64,000 bases of DNA from Camelus ferus. Taxonomy: Eukaryota. The translations under genes and the position numbers were made by a program. The notes under the pieces were generated by a model. That model had not been told where the DNA came from, searched no databases, and was given only the letters and a program-made list of their open reading frames with translations. Below, in pieces: positions 37,447 through 49,815 of this stretch (within the stretch, counting starts at the first letter, position 1; each line of letters starts with the position of its first letter). The stretch spans positions 59,956,001 to 60,020,000 of the forward strand of contig NC_045707.1 of assembly GCF_009834535.1 (NCBI RefSeq), read 5' to 3'.

Positions 37447-38017
37447 CATGAACCTAAAATTTAATGATGTACTACAATAAAACTTGGTGGGTATAAATGT
37501 CTCTAGGAACTTCTGGATATAAGAAGCCGGGTCAGTTAGTGCTGGAGAGTTGCAACAGGTTCTAATTCAGAACATTACTGCTGGGCTATCAGAGGTGTCA
37601 GGAGCTAGAGAAGAATCTTACACTCATAGTGTGGAGGGAGACGTTAACCAAGGTTTTGCTGAGAACCTTTAGGACAGAGTTTCAGAAGAATCTACCAGAT
37701 CCCTGATGCATTCTTTTATCAACATGAAGCAAACCAGTGTTTGAAGGGTAAGGAAAAGGCTAGAACAGCTTCTGACAGCAGCCTTCCCTTCTGCCTGCCC
37801 GGGAGAGGAAAGCACCCCTTTCTGACTGCGTGTGCAGAAACTGTCTGGATTCAGACTTCTCTGGCTATAATTCTAATATATCAATATTTGCTACAAAAAA
37901 TGAGTATCCAAACCTACTATACTCCTAAAAAATCAACACCCAGGCAGACTGTCCATCTGTCTGTCAAAGTATTGGCTTATTTCACATGTAGCTACCCATT
38001 TCTCTTTCCAAGACAGT

Positions 38018-38178
38018 ATTTTTTTTCATTGAAGTATAGTCGATTTGCAACGCTGCGCTGCTTCTGGTGTACAGCTCAGTGATTCATTTACACACATAAA
38101 TATATATTCCTTATCATCTTCTTTTTCAGTACAGGTTATTACAAGATATTGACTATAGTTCCCTGTGCTATATACACA
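38018..38178 (-). mobile_element. Cetartiodactyl-type L1 3' end
   Basis: ttttcattgaagtatagtcgatttgcaa...ttctggtgtacagctcagtgattca...ggttattacaagatattgactatagttccctgtgctata. Confidence 0.85.
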
Positions 38179-38569
38179 CTATGACCTTGCTGTCTATTCC
38201 AGGGTACTATTTACATCACACATACACACACACACGCACAGGACATTTCAGCAAGGGAGAGGCTGCAATGGTGTGACGTTTCAGTTGTCAACCAACCCCA
38301 TCTCCTTGTTAATAATTCTGACTACCACCTTAAAAGTTAAATTCCTATCCCTAGCCCACATTCCACAAACCAATTCACAGGACTTACAGGAAAGGCCCTG
38401 TGACATCAGCTTCTTTACTCTTTTGAAACCTGCAGATTCTGTCATGGCAGCACCGCCATGGTGACGCACACTTCAAATCCATTCAACCTGAGAAGATCTC
38501 AGTGCCTAACATATTTCAGTGTGTGGGGGTAGGGTAAGACCAGACAGTTGTGGGGTTTTTTTTTCTTTT

Positions 38570-39105
38570 TTTGTAACGCAAGTGCCTGACTTAAACTCCG
38601 ATTGCCCACTCATCCATTTTTAAGGAGGCATGCACTTCAAAGTTAGCGATCTTGTATAAACACATTGCCAGCACAGGACTAAACCAAGAGCCAGCCCACG
38701 TCCCCACAAAGAGGCTCCTCACTTTCAGAGATCTTGGTTGATTTCAACAACTGACTATTTGGGCTACTTGTTCGTTTGGTTTTTTTTCTCTTCCCACTCT
38801 TTAAATTCCTGCTCCTATGTTTTAAATTCACCAGTAAAGAATGAGCTCAAGAAACCCTAGGCCCCCAACCTCCACCCCAATAAAAGCAGAACCCCAGACC
38901 CTGCTGCTTGCTCTCCCTGCAACCCCGTACCCCAACAACCTCACTGTGTGCTTTGCAATCTCCAGGTTTTTTAAGTAGTACATCTTTATGTTGTTAGTTT
39001 CCTGATTAACCATCAGGAGGGTATCATGCAATCATAGTAAGAACCAGAGGGCTGATCCAGCTGTAACACTAGTTCTTGATAGGATGAGACCAGCACAAAA
39101 CTGTG
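38570..39105 (+). mobile_element. ERV-type solo LTR (family uncertain)
   Basis: LTR-like organisation: ttttaaattcctgctcctatgttttaaattcacc, ccccaataaaagcagaaccc, then pyrimidine-rich R/U5-like sequence; boundaries uncertain. Confidence 0.45.
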
Positions 39106-39176
39106 TGTCCTTGTGTTCAACGTGATTTTCAAAGTCAACCCCTTGAGTAGAATTACAGGGGGGAAGAATAGCAAAC

Positions 39177-39540
39177 TGCTGTAAACTGAACATTTTGTCT
39201 CTCCCACCAATCCATACGCTGAAACCTTATTCCCACTGTGATGCTGTTAGAAGGTAGCACATTTGGGAGGTGATCAGGTCATGAGGGCAGAGTCCTCATG
39301 CATGGGATTAGTGCCCTTAGAAAGGAGACCCCAGAGAGCTCTCTCGCGCCTACGCCAGGTTGGACACAGCGAGACGACAGTCACCTAAGATCAGGAGGCA
39401 GGCCCTGACCAGCCACCGAATCTGCTGGCACCTTGATCACTGACTTACAAGCCTCCGCAGCCACGTGAAATAAAGTTCTGTTGTTTACAAGCCTCCCAGT
39501 CTGCGGCATTCCATTACACCAGCCTGAACAGACCAAGGTG
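39177..39540 (+). mobile_element. MLT1A-family MaLR solo LTR
   Basis: tgctgtaaactgaa...tttgggaggtgatcaggtcatgagggcagagtcctcatgcatgggattagtgcccttagaaaggagaccccagagag...aatctgctggcaccttgatc...aataaagttctgttgtttacaagcc. Confidence 0.92.
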
Positions 39541-39612
39541 CAACTACGACTCCAAATCCGTTTCTGGTCATCACAATCACAACTTCAGCCTCCGCTCCCC
39601 CGAGGAGGTCTG

Positions 39613-39660
39613 GAGACCCCATCACAAAGTGAGACCCCACCACACAGTGAGACCCCACCA
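39613..39660 (+). repeat. 18-bp minisatellite, ~2.7 copies
   Basis: gagaccccatcacaaagt / gagaccccaccacacagt / gagaccccacca. Confidence 0.9.
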
Positions 39661-41262
39661 AAACCTCAGGACAGAGCGTGGCTTCAGGAGGGCAGCCCTG
39701 CCAGGCTGGGGTACTTAGCTCCGATTTCTTGGCTGTTCTCATTTTTATTCCATGCAATTCCTTCCTTTCTTCTCTATGACAATGATCTTCATTAAGTACA
39801 TTTTAATCCTTCCCACGTGGCATTGTATTAGACTTGACTGCTCACCATTAACTGGCCCTTCGCTCTCTTCTGCCTCCTTTACAGCCAGTTCGCAGGAGCT
39901 GGACTCTCTCTTCACTCCACCCTTTCTTCACCCTTGTGTTACCAGCCCTTTGTGTGTTGCTTTTCCTCCTTCCCTGCGTGTGAGACCATCTTGTCCTACT
40001 CTCCCTAAAGCCTTTGTTCTCATTGTGTTATTTTCTAGGGCAAACGTTACCTCTAATCTTATTTTTACCTCTTCACGTATCTCTTATTTTCTTCCATGAT
40101 TAATTTATGTTAATGCTGGGCTGTATGGCAGTTGTCTCCAGCCAAGTCACTAGGGAGTTTGCATAATATAATCAATTAATAATTACCAACTGCTAATTTT
40201 TTTTCCCAGTCTCTGCATTTCAAATGCATTTTTAGATGGAGGATTACTTAGAAAAGGAAAAAGGAGATAAAGATCCATCACCTGATGCCTCTCGTACACA
40301 AATAATGGAATATAGACTTCTCATCACCCCAAAATACATTGAGGTGTGACTATACCGTAATTTGGAGCTCTTTAAACAAAATATCCCTCGGAAAACAACA
40401 TAGATTTGAGGGCACAGATCACTGAACTAGAGAATTTCATAATTTTTTCTCCCACATAAAAGTGAGATTGAAAATCACATGGTATAAGCTTCCTGGATGA
40501 ACTGAAGTTATTTTCATCACACTCTTTGAAGAGGTAACCTCACCAAAAACATGTCATTAAAGAACAAAACTGTGGAGCCCCCAGACAAGTTATGTTAATT
40601 AGTGTCATTTGCAAGTTACGTAAATACCTCATTAAAAACTGTAAAGGATTAAACAATTACTTGTCATATTTTAATAATGAATACAATACTGTAGCATCCT
40701 ATCATTTAATTCATTCTGTGCCTCACACAGATTCCTAATTAGGTAGACTGTGTATTTGAGTCAATATGGCAGGCTTTCTAGCCAGTTTTTAACTACATTC
40801 CTGATTTTCATTTCACTAACTTTAATTTAACTTGAGAGCTCTTTACATAAAGGAAAAAAACACTGGCAAAAGCTTTTAATCTCTTTGGGGTTGGGGAGAC
40901 GTGGAGACATCACCATCCCTTCAAGGATTAAATAAAAGACATAGACTCTCCTCCCAGAGAAGTGTATGGAAATCTGCATGTACATATCATACATCCTCAC
41001 CAACACAGAATTTCACCTATACTTTCAGGGATTTCCCAGAGCTCCTAATTATTCATAGCCAAGTAAGATCCCAAAGACATAGCGTAACCTTAATAACACT
41101 GGTAATACCTTGTCACACTATACATGCAAGAATCCTTCTAAGATTACAAATGGCAACATACAAATGTGATAAGTGCCCAGACTGAGTGCACTTCCCTTTT
41201 TAGAAGGTAGGAAAGAATACTTTATTAAAAAAAAAAAAAATCCGTAACTTCACTGCCCTATA

Positions 41263-41549
41263 CAGTCGCTTCTAGATAGCAAGCACTGGAAACATCCCTA
41301 CTAGTCTAAATTGAGATGTGCACTAAATGGTAATTAGCCAGATTTCTAAAACTTAGTACCAAAAAATATATAAAGCAGCTAACAATTTTCAGTTGATTAC
41401 ACGATGAAATGATAGTATCTGAAATATTGGGTAAAGTAAACTCTATGATACAACTAATTTCCTCTGTTTCTTTTTACTATCAAGATGCAGTTAGTAGAAA
41501 ATTTAAAATCGCATACATGGCTTGTGTTATATTTTTACTAGACACTGCT
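41263..41549. mobile_element. MER33 (hAT-Charlie MITE)
   Basis: aaattgagatgtgc...ccagatttctaaaacttagtaccaaaaaa...ttgattacacgatgaaatgata...tagaaaatttaaaatcgcatacatggcttgtgttatatttttactagacactgctg. Confidence 0.85.
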
Positions 41550-43399
41550 GGTCTGGACAATATAAACCAATCGTTATTCATTATATACCTAATCCTGCAA
41601 TAGGGTTGGATTGTTATCATCATCCACCTAGAGGCAATAATTACACATCTGACTTAGACAGTGCATTTCTGATTTATGGATGTGAAAAACTGTTATCTCT
41701 CACTGCCCTTCTCTTTCCTCCCCTGTTACCACCAATAACCTTGCCCCTTCTGCTGATTTTATCTGTCACCTTCTCTCCTTTCATCGATGTCAGCTTCTGG
41801 CCAAGTTTCTCATCAGTCCCTGCTCCTTCTGTCCAGCACTAGAAGAGCAGAACTTCCCTAACCTCAAGAGCCCTTCACGCATTGGCCGTGAGGACTTTTA
41901 ACATTGTTGGACTTAGAATTCTTTCATTTCCTTTCTTATTTTTCCACAGCATGACACAATTTGTATTATGGCACGTTGGCCTCAGAAAATCTGATGACCT
42001 TTGGGATTTTCTACGTTCCTTGCCCTGAAGAAGTTTCCCATTATGTATGAAGTAACACATTCAAATGTAAAACAAAAGACAAAATTTAAAGGATGAATGC
42101 AATCAATGTTGAAATGTGTGAGATGGATAAAGATTTCTTTCAAAAAAAAATAAAGTATAAATTATTGTCTAACAAATTTTCTATCTTAAATGTCACTAAG
42201 ACCACAGAGTCTACAAAATTATTCCTGTATTGTTCAAAAGCAACTGATTGAAATGTGAAAAAATGGGAAAATGTTTACTTCTAGGAAAACAAAAAATGTT
42301 TGAGTTCAACATTTTGAAGATGAGAAGCAATGACATGAATATTATCTCAGATGTCATCTACTCACATACAAACTCAAGATCTTTCTTAACTGCTGACAAG
42401 CAAATGGAATGTCTATATTTGAGGAACTCAGGGTCCTGAGAACTGAAAGAAAACAACTCTGGGGAAACGTCAAAGCAGGGAACTGGGTATTTGTAATCTG
42501 AAATTTAGAAGCACGTATGCCAGAGTTCCAAGTACTATTAACCTAAGTGGATGAAATATTATTTTCTCACTGCTTTATTTGGTATTTTGAAATTGGTCAA
42601 CTTATGTCCGTTCACCAACTTTTGTCAGTGATATGTATTAATCACCAACTACTGTGATTGACTTTTTTTTTTTAGGTAATGAGTTTTTCAACAACCTTGT
42701 TTACAATTCAAATAGCCATTTACTGTAACTGCCTGTTACAGGAGATTTTAAACCTTGGTCAAACAAATGTGTACCATGTAACAGGGCAAAGTTCACTGTC
42801 TCTGTGTCTTCAATATCCATCCTTTCCAAAAAATCCATATGTCATATGATATTCTGAATGCAATTCACCTTCCAGCTTAACCTTGGCCTTTGCCCATAAT
42901 TATTAAAAGGCCTGGATGATGGCAGTAATTCAGGTTGCTCCTGTTCTGTGGCAGGGCAATCAATACTGCTGCAGCATGTCACACATCACCTCTTATTTTC
43001 ACTATTTTCATTCTGAATTAGGAATGAAACAGTAGTTGCCGAGAGATGGATACTCATACACCAAAAATGGCAATAAAAGCAATAATTAAAAAAACTAAAC
43101 ACTGCAAGATAAAGAAATGAAAACATGACAGAGGAAAATAAACACACAGGATAAATTATTTCCAGTTTTTTAAATACAGATTTCAATGTGAGATTTTTAC
43201 AGCCATCACAACAGTATTCCACACGAATGTATTAGAAAATTGTCGAACAAGAAAATATGAGAGTACCGTATCGCTTGTTACTATTCACATGAATGCTGTA
43301 TTTTTCTATATTCTGCATTTCTATTCCTATATTCTAATTCTTGTATTTTCCTATATTAGGAAACACTTGAAATTATGTTTACTGTATTGTATGCAAATT

Positions 43400-43530
43400 A
43401 AATCTAGAATGGAGACAATGCACTGAATTTTGAGTAGCCAGCTGCATAAACATGGTTTTATCTATATGACATCTATATAACACATAGGCCCTCAAAAACT
43501 GTTTGTCGGATGAATGAATGAATGAATGAA
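43400..43530 (+). mobile_element. L2 3' end with (ATGA)n tail
   Basis: acacataggccctcaaaaactgtttgtcggatgaatgaatgaatgaatgaa. Confidence 0.7.
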
Positions 43531-44060
43531 CTCTGAACTCTAAAATACCAAAGCCTGGAATTTCCTTTAAGTAGTACTTACTGAAAACTACTAATTAATC
43601 ATGCTGTACAAGCACAACGTAGACTTTCACTGGTTCCTTTCACCCCTAGACGATGAAGTGAAAAAATTTCCCAACACATACTCTTAATTGAAGATCAATG
43701 GGTGTGAAGAAAAGCGGGGGGTGGGAGGTCAGACAATTCAGCAGATTAGTTTTATATCATCCGTTTCCTGTGGCAATGATTAACTCACCAGCAAATCAGC
43801 TTTGGATTTGTTGTTATTTTATATTTTTATTTTAATGATCTGGAAGGAAAACAAACTTTAGCCTATGACACCCTCTAGATAGACTGCAAACACCCATGAA
43901 GGCACATAAATGGAAAGAATAGAGTCAAATGTTAATAGGAAACAGAACTCCTCCCTCAACTGAACTGTAGTTGAGGAGGAGAATCCAAGACAAATACACA
44001 CACGCATCCACGTACACACGCATGATAGGAAGAGTCAGATTAGATATAAATATGTGTACA

Positions 44061-44225
44061 GGGAGAGGACAGCTCAGCAGTGGAGTGTGTGCTTAGCATG
44101 CACAAGGTCCTGGGTTCAATCCCCAGTACTGTCATTAAATGAATAAATCAATCTAATTACCTCCCCCACAAAAATTTTTTTTAACATTAAAAAACAAGTT
44201 TAAAAAATAGAATAAAAAAAGAAAG
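44061..44225 (+). mobile_element. Camelid tRNA-derived SINE (Vic-1-like)
   Basis: gggagaggacagctcagcagtggagtgtgtgcttagcatgcacaaggtcctgggttcaatccccagtac...aatctaattacctcccc + A-rich tail. Confidence 0.88.
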
Positions 44226-45046
44226 AAGTGTAAAGTCATGTAATAAACCTTTCTCCTAATAGTGGATATGGCTTACTGAGGTATTCTCCACAATTCCATT
44301 TAATCCACTGTGGTATTACACACTTAAGGGTATGTCTACAAATATCTAAGTGTTAACAGAGGAAGAATATTTCTGAAGTGTGTATATATTGATAATTGAC
44401 CAAGTTGAATTTCTTTCCCAAATGTAGCTAAGGAAATACATGAGAATCCTTCTGCAGATATCCAAAACGAAGTCAAACAGTTATTTCCCAAAGCGTCTTG
44501 GATTCTCTGCACCAGTGGAAAAAGAGACTATTATACTGACACAGTGGCCACAAATGATTTCTCTAGTGCTTATTCATTCAAGGAAAATGTGTTCTGGTGA
44601 CCCTTGCTTTAGAAAATTAAAATGAATAATTGGAGGAATTATTATATAATTGAAAGTCATAGCACGTGTATTGGCAGCTTAACAACAGCTAATTTTACCT
44701 TTCAACTACACCTCACAAACTCTCTAATGAACATTAGCATCAAGTGAATTAGGAAACAATGATACAGGGCTTCTTCCTAAGATGCTCAACAATGGCATTA
44801 AGCACTTTCCAGTGCAGAAGACAAAACTCACAAGGGAACAATCTGATTACAATGAATTAATGGCTGAATTTCTGGTTTTGCCCTTGCAAGAGTGAAAATT
44901 TTATACAGCCTCAATTTCTTCACTTTTAATTTAGTCACCAGCTGGTCAAACAAGCAGGAAAACCATGTGAACTGTTCTACCAGGATGTCTCTAGCCTTTA
45001 ATTTGATATTAATCAAATATATGAATCTAACAGTCTGCTTTTCTAC

Positions 45047-45209
45047 TTTTTTAATATTTTACTTATTATTATATTATTACTATTATTTTTTATTTTGGGG
45101 GGAGGAGGTAATTAGGTTTATTTATTTTTAAAGGAGGTACTAGGGGTCGAACCCAGGACCTTGTACGTGCTGAGCATGTGCTCTACCACTTGAGCTACAC
45201 TCTCCCTCC
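45047..45209 (-). mobile_element. Camelid tRNA-derived SINE (Vic-1-like)
   Basis: ggaggtaattaggtttatttatt...ggtactaggggtcgaacccaggaccttgtacgtgctgagcatgtgctctaccacttgagctacactctccc; flanked by tctact. Confidence 0.88.
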
Positions 45210-45669
45210 TCTACTCCTTCTTGTTGTAGGAACACATAAGGCCACTCGCCACCATGTATCATGCTTGTCTTCTACCACTTCATTTATGATTACTCTTCAC
45301 ATTTTTCTTGCTTCAGATATTTCATATTAAATATTGTTTCCCTTTTCTAAAGAAAGCAAAGACTGCGCACTGGCTCACCAAGATCAATTTGCTTACAGTT
45401 GAACAGATGAACAAATTAAGTTCATAATCAAGTGTAAATAAAGCAGAAGGAATAGGACCATTCTTAGGCGCTGGGAGGCGGCAGGCTGGAAGGAGGTGTG
45501 GCCCACGGAATGGGCTTTGTACCCACTTCAGTCTGGTGCTGGCCTGAGTGTATCTCCCGAACAGGGCTCTAATGGGAGTTCAAGTTCTACAGACAGAAGC
45601 AGAACACAGCCAGAAGGACGTGCTGAATTTGCCCAGAATTGAACTATAAAGAGTATTTCTGCGTTAATA

Positions 45670-45850
45670 CTAACTGCAACATTTTATTAGGATCACATGA
45701 TATACTAGGCGCATCATATTCCCTGAATCAGTACATCCTAGCTACAATCCTATAAAGTATATAGTATTTTCACCCTTCTTTTATAGATTAGCAAACAGCC
45801 TCAGAGCAGTTGAGCAATTTGATTATAACCACACAACTGGAAGTGACATG
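45670..45850 (-). mobile_element. MIR SINE
   Basis: catcctagctacaatcctataaagta...ttttatagattagcaaacagcctcagagcagttgagcaatttg...ccacacaactggaagtg. Confidence 0.65.
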
Positions 45851-46334
45851 CCCAACAAAGAGACCTCTTCTTTAAATGCATGAGAGACCATCAAAAACCA
45901 AAAGTGTACCTGTCAAATAATAGCCGAGATGATCGAGGAAGACAGCCTCAGGAGGGAGAGTCCTGTATGTGACCAAGTTGTTCCTGTAACGTACTTCCAA
46001 CATTCCCAGTGTAAGAATCAGCCACTGGGGCAAACCTGGTCCTTACTCAAGCAAGAGCAGTCTTCCCATTCAATAAAGTAAATAAAACATATTCTCTAGC
46101 ATTATCCATAGCCACTCTTAAGGATGTGGTAAGTAGGATCAAAAAATTAAATTCAATTTCTCAGGAATGAAAAGAAACTAGATGTAGTATGGTATTTCAG
46201 CAGGGATGCCAAAGAAAGATTTATCTAGAATGAGTAACAGTGGGAACTGTTTCAGTGCGGGGCAACACCTGCTTTAAGGCCACTCTTGGGGAAGCAGGTA
46301 CAGGGATTTCACAATAACACCAACAACTACTATT

Positions 46335-46580
46335 ACACTTGTTAACACTTAAACAGGGTGCTAACCACATGCCAGGCATTGCTCCAAGAGACTGAAGTGA
46401 ATTAACTCATTTAACCTTCATAACAGTTCTATAGGTAGGCATCAATATGAGCCCCATTTCTTAAGTGAGAAAATTGAGATATAAAGTCACTTAACTAGCA
46501 GGTGGTTGGAGCAGGGATTAAAACTCAGGCCGCCACCTGGATTCCAAGCAAGGGCTCTAAATTCCAAAGACACTGCCCAT
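46335..46580 (-). mobile_element. MIR SINE
   Basis: accacatgccaggcattgctccaag...aactcatttaaccttcataaca...ccccatttcttaagtgagaaaattgag. Confidence 0.75.
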
Positions 46581-47836
46581 ATAGCAGTCCCTCAGCCATA
46601 TACAATATTTTCAGGTTTGGAACAGTGGCCTAATCTTTAATTCCTCACCCACTGCAAGCTGTATGGAGAAACCAAATGAACCGCTGAGTTTCTAGTGAGT
46701 GAATCAATTTCTGTGTGTTATTGAAGGTTTCTGATATGCTCATTTGAATTACTACCTGTGCAGGACCATCAAGAACTATAGTACCTGATTTTGTACATTT
46801 CAAGCAGAAGGGACACACTTCAAAAAGAAGAGAATCTAGGACTGAGGAATACAAAAAGGAAATTAGAAATATTACTACTGTTTTTGCTTTGCATTTTAAG
46901 AGTTCCCCGTTCCCTTCAATTAACTCTAAAATCACATCTTATACACAACAGCATTTATTCTTTCAAATTGTTAAGGCCATAAAGGAATACATACAAAGGC
47001 GTAGAGAGTCAACTACAGAATTAGCCAAAAAGGTACAGCAGTTTTACAAATGTGGAAATTAACTCCAAATTAATTTGAAAGAAGAGTGCATAGGTAGTAT
47101 GACATCTGAAAGTTTTGAGCTGTGTCCTTAACCTCATCTTTGAATTTTAGAAAACTAAACAGAGAGTGAATCTATGGGCAGAGAACACCATGGAAAATAG
47201 AAGAAAAATCAATGAAATCCCTAAGACACAGTTTAGAACTCTTACCACTCAAAGCCACCATCTGAAAAGCATAATGAAGCATTCACATTTCTCCCAGAAG
47301 GCTTAAATCGCTCCAACTTCATTAAGTTTAACATTTTTCTAACTCGGATCACAGCTATGAATCTTGCCACTCATCCTGGCTCAATATTTTCACAGTAGTT
47401 CATTGCTAGTCAGGTTTGCACCTGCTTTCTGATTGCCTGCACCCATTTCCAAGTTGAAATCAATGAAACCTATTAGCATGTTCTCTACTCGGCACTTTAA
47501 TTTTGGATAGCGATGTATTATTAATGCAATCATCCCAGCAAGCCTAGTACAGCACAGAAGTAAAATTGAAGGGTTTACAATAGAGAACATTAATAAGAAT
47601 GCTTATTAAATTGTATTGAAATCTAAATAATTGAATGCATATTTGACACATAATTTAAATTGAAATGGGTCATACCAAAGTAGAGGGCTGTCAATGGAGA
47701 ACAGAGATCCTTTATACCCTTAAAAGACAAAACATAATTCTAACCATGTACTATTGCATACATGACACATAACCACGGTAATTTATTTCTACAGCTGAAG
47801 ACGACTGCTCTTTTTGATGTCTTTATTATGCTGGGC

Positions 47837-47875
47837 ATTTAAAACAATTTAAATTGTTTTAAATTTAAAACAATT
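47837..47875. repeat. Overlapping perfect palindromes (28 bp and 24 bp)
   Basis: atttaaaacaattt|aaattgttttaaat (47837-47864) and aattgttttaaa|tttaaaacaatt (47852-47875). Confidence 0.95.
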
Positions 47876-48734
47876 ATCCAAGTCAAGTAAAGATGATAGA
47901 GCTTCACCTGTGTTTCTACCGCAGAGACGTTTGAATCACTATATGCCAAGTACCAATTTTACTTGGCAAATGTAAAGATCCTTAAGAGGAAAATTACGGA
48001 AGATGTGAATGAACACATGCATCGTCAAAGAAGGGAATTTTAATACCACAGAATTAACAATTAAAAGAGGATATTTGGTTAATTTGTTATTAAATTTTTC
48101 GCACCAAGAACCTTCTAGTATTTGAAGATTAATATTTACCTTCCTTAGCACTTGCCTTAATAAATATTAATATGAGAACATGATTATCATAATTAAAATA
48201 AATTTATTGATTTCCAACATGCACATGTTGTTCAAGCAAATTCACTGTCTATACCCTAGGCACCCACAATCTACGGTAGTCACCAAAACAGACATCATGG
48301 AAGAGAAACAACAGAGGGGTATTAAAACAATGGTTGTCATATACATAGTAGCTGTACATGCACATCAAAGCAAATAGCAAAGCCAGGGGAAGAACTTCTT
48401 TAAATCTGGCTATAAGGGAGAAAAAAAAAAAATGCTATGAGGTCATACGACTTCCCCCAAATTCCCAGAGAGGATTCAGAGTCACTTTGCTGGGTCATGG
48501 AATTTGAGAAACCTGCATATCTTCTGATGGAGCTGGCAGTTTGGAGCTAGGGATTAATGATTTGATACATCAATCTACTCCACACGTATAAGGCACTTGC
48601 TTTCTACTACAACAGTGCACTTCTCCACTCCAAGTCATGGCAATGTCTCCTCGTAATCCGTGTGTACTTTTTTTCCCCCCAACAGTCTGCTTGTGTTTCC
48701 TCTCTTGGAAACACTTGGAAGGATGTTTCTTACA

Positions 48735-49680
48735 TTAGTTCAGGTAAAAGATTATGAGAGTTCAAACCAGGATAGATGCGGTGAGGATGAAAAGGAGATA
48801 CTTGAAATATAATTATGAGACCAAGTTGACTAGGATTTGTGATTAATTAGGTATGTGCATGAGCAAGAGAGTGAAATCAAGTATGGTACCAAGTCTGTAG
48901 TTTTGGTGAATTGAGAGAGAGAGAATTCCTCCAACTAGGATAAAGAAAACAGAAGTGACTGGCTAAGGAGGTGATGGATTCAGTCCGGGGCCTCAGAAGA
49001 GGCCTAGGTGAATGTCTAGCAGGATTTTCTCACTTGAAATTCCAGGGAGGGGTCAGTCTGGACTGGAGACAGAGATTGGGCAACCATCAGTACTTTAAAA
49101 AGTGCTCCAAATAGGAAATAAAATGCAATTCACCTATGAAATTTCAAAATTTCTGGTAGCTACAATTTTAAAATTAAAAAGGAATAAATGAAGGCATGTT
49201 TTATTTTACCAATGCATCCAGAATAGGTTTCCAGCACATGGCATTAGCTAATTTCAAGTGCTAAGTAGCATTCTGCAGCTGGCGGCTACCAAGTTGTACG
49301 CTGCACACTTGGGGGCAGTTGAAGATGAGAGCGGGTGTGTTACACTGAAAGTCTAAGTGGAATAAGAAGGGAGGGCTGAAAATGGAACCCTGGATAACCC
49401 CAATGGAGATGATGGAAAAACAGCCTACATCTGAGATGAGGACGAAATTTAAAAGAACAAAAAACAAAAAAAACCCAGGAACTAGACAAAATAGGAACCA
49501 AAGAAAAGAGATCTCCATGGAAAAGAGATTAATAGATAATGTTAGGTGCAGGAAGTCCACTTAGGCAAAACGTAAGATCCTATAGTTACTGATATTTTTA
49601 GCAACAACCTATCAGTAGTGCACAGGAGTAGAAATTGGGGCAGATTCAGATTTGGTGGGGGACCTAAATATGAACCAATT
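48735..49680 (-). mobile_element. Degenerate L2 containing a nested MER3/MER33-like hAT MITE (~49100-49307)
   Basis: Antisense L2 motifs (gactaggatttgtgattaattag, ggactggagacagagattggg, gaaccctggataacccc); MITE end tagctaatttcaagtgctaagtagcattctgcagctggcggctaccaagttgtacgctgca. Confidence 0.65.
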
Positions 49681-49721
49681 TTCGAGTTCCCATGAAAAGG
49701 ACAAAATTATCAACACAGAAT

Positions 49722-49815
49722 TGTGTCGGCCCCTGTGCAAGCCTAGGAAAAGGTTCATGCAAAAGGAAGGGCCCTGAAGTTTAAGCCTCAGCAGTTTCAC
49801 GGAAAATCTGCCCTC
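49722..49815 (-). mobile_element. MER96B-like hAT fragment
   Basis: gggccctgaagtttaagcctcagcagtttcacggaaaatctgccct matches the reverse complement of the recalled CAGAGGCGGATTTACCGTGAAGCTAATGAAGCTTAAGCTTCAGGGCCC end. Confidence 0.7.

Noticed and set aside
48686..48743. Plus-strand 58-nt exon candidate (tttttttccccccaacAG...cag|GTaaaa)
   Set aside because: Weak donor, frameshifting length, runs into an L2 remnant and is opposite to the inferred transcription direction.
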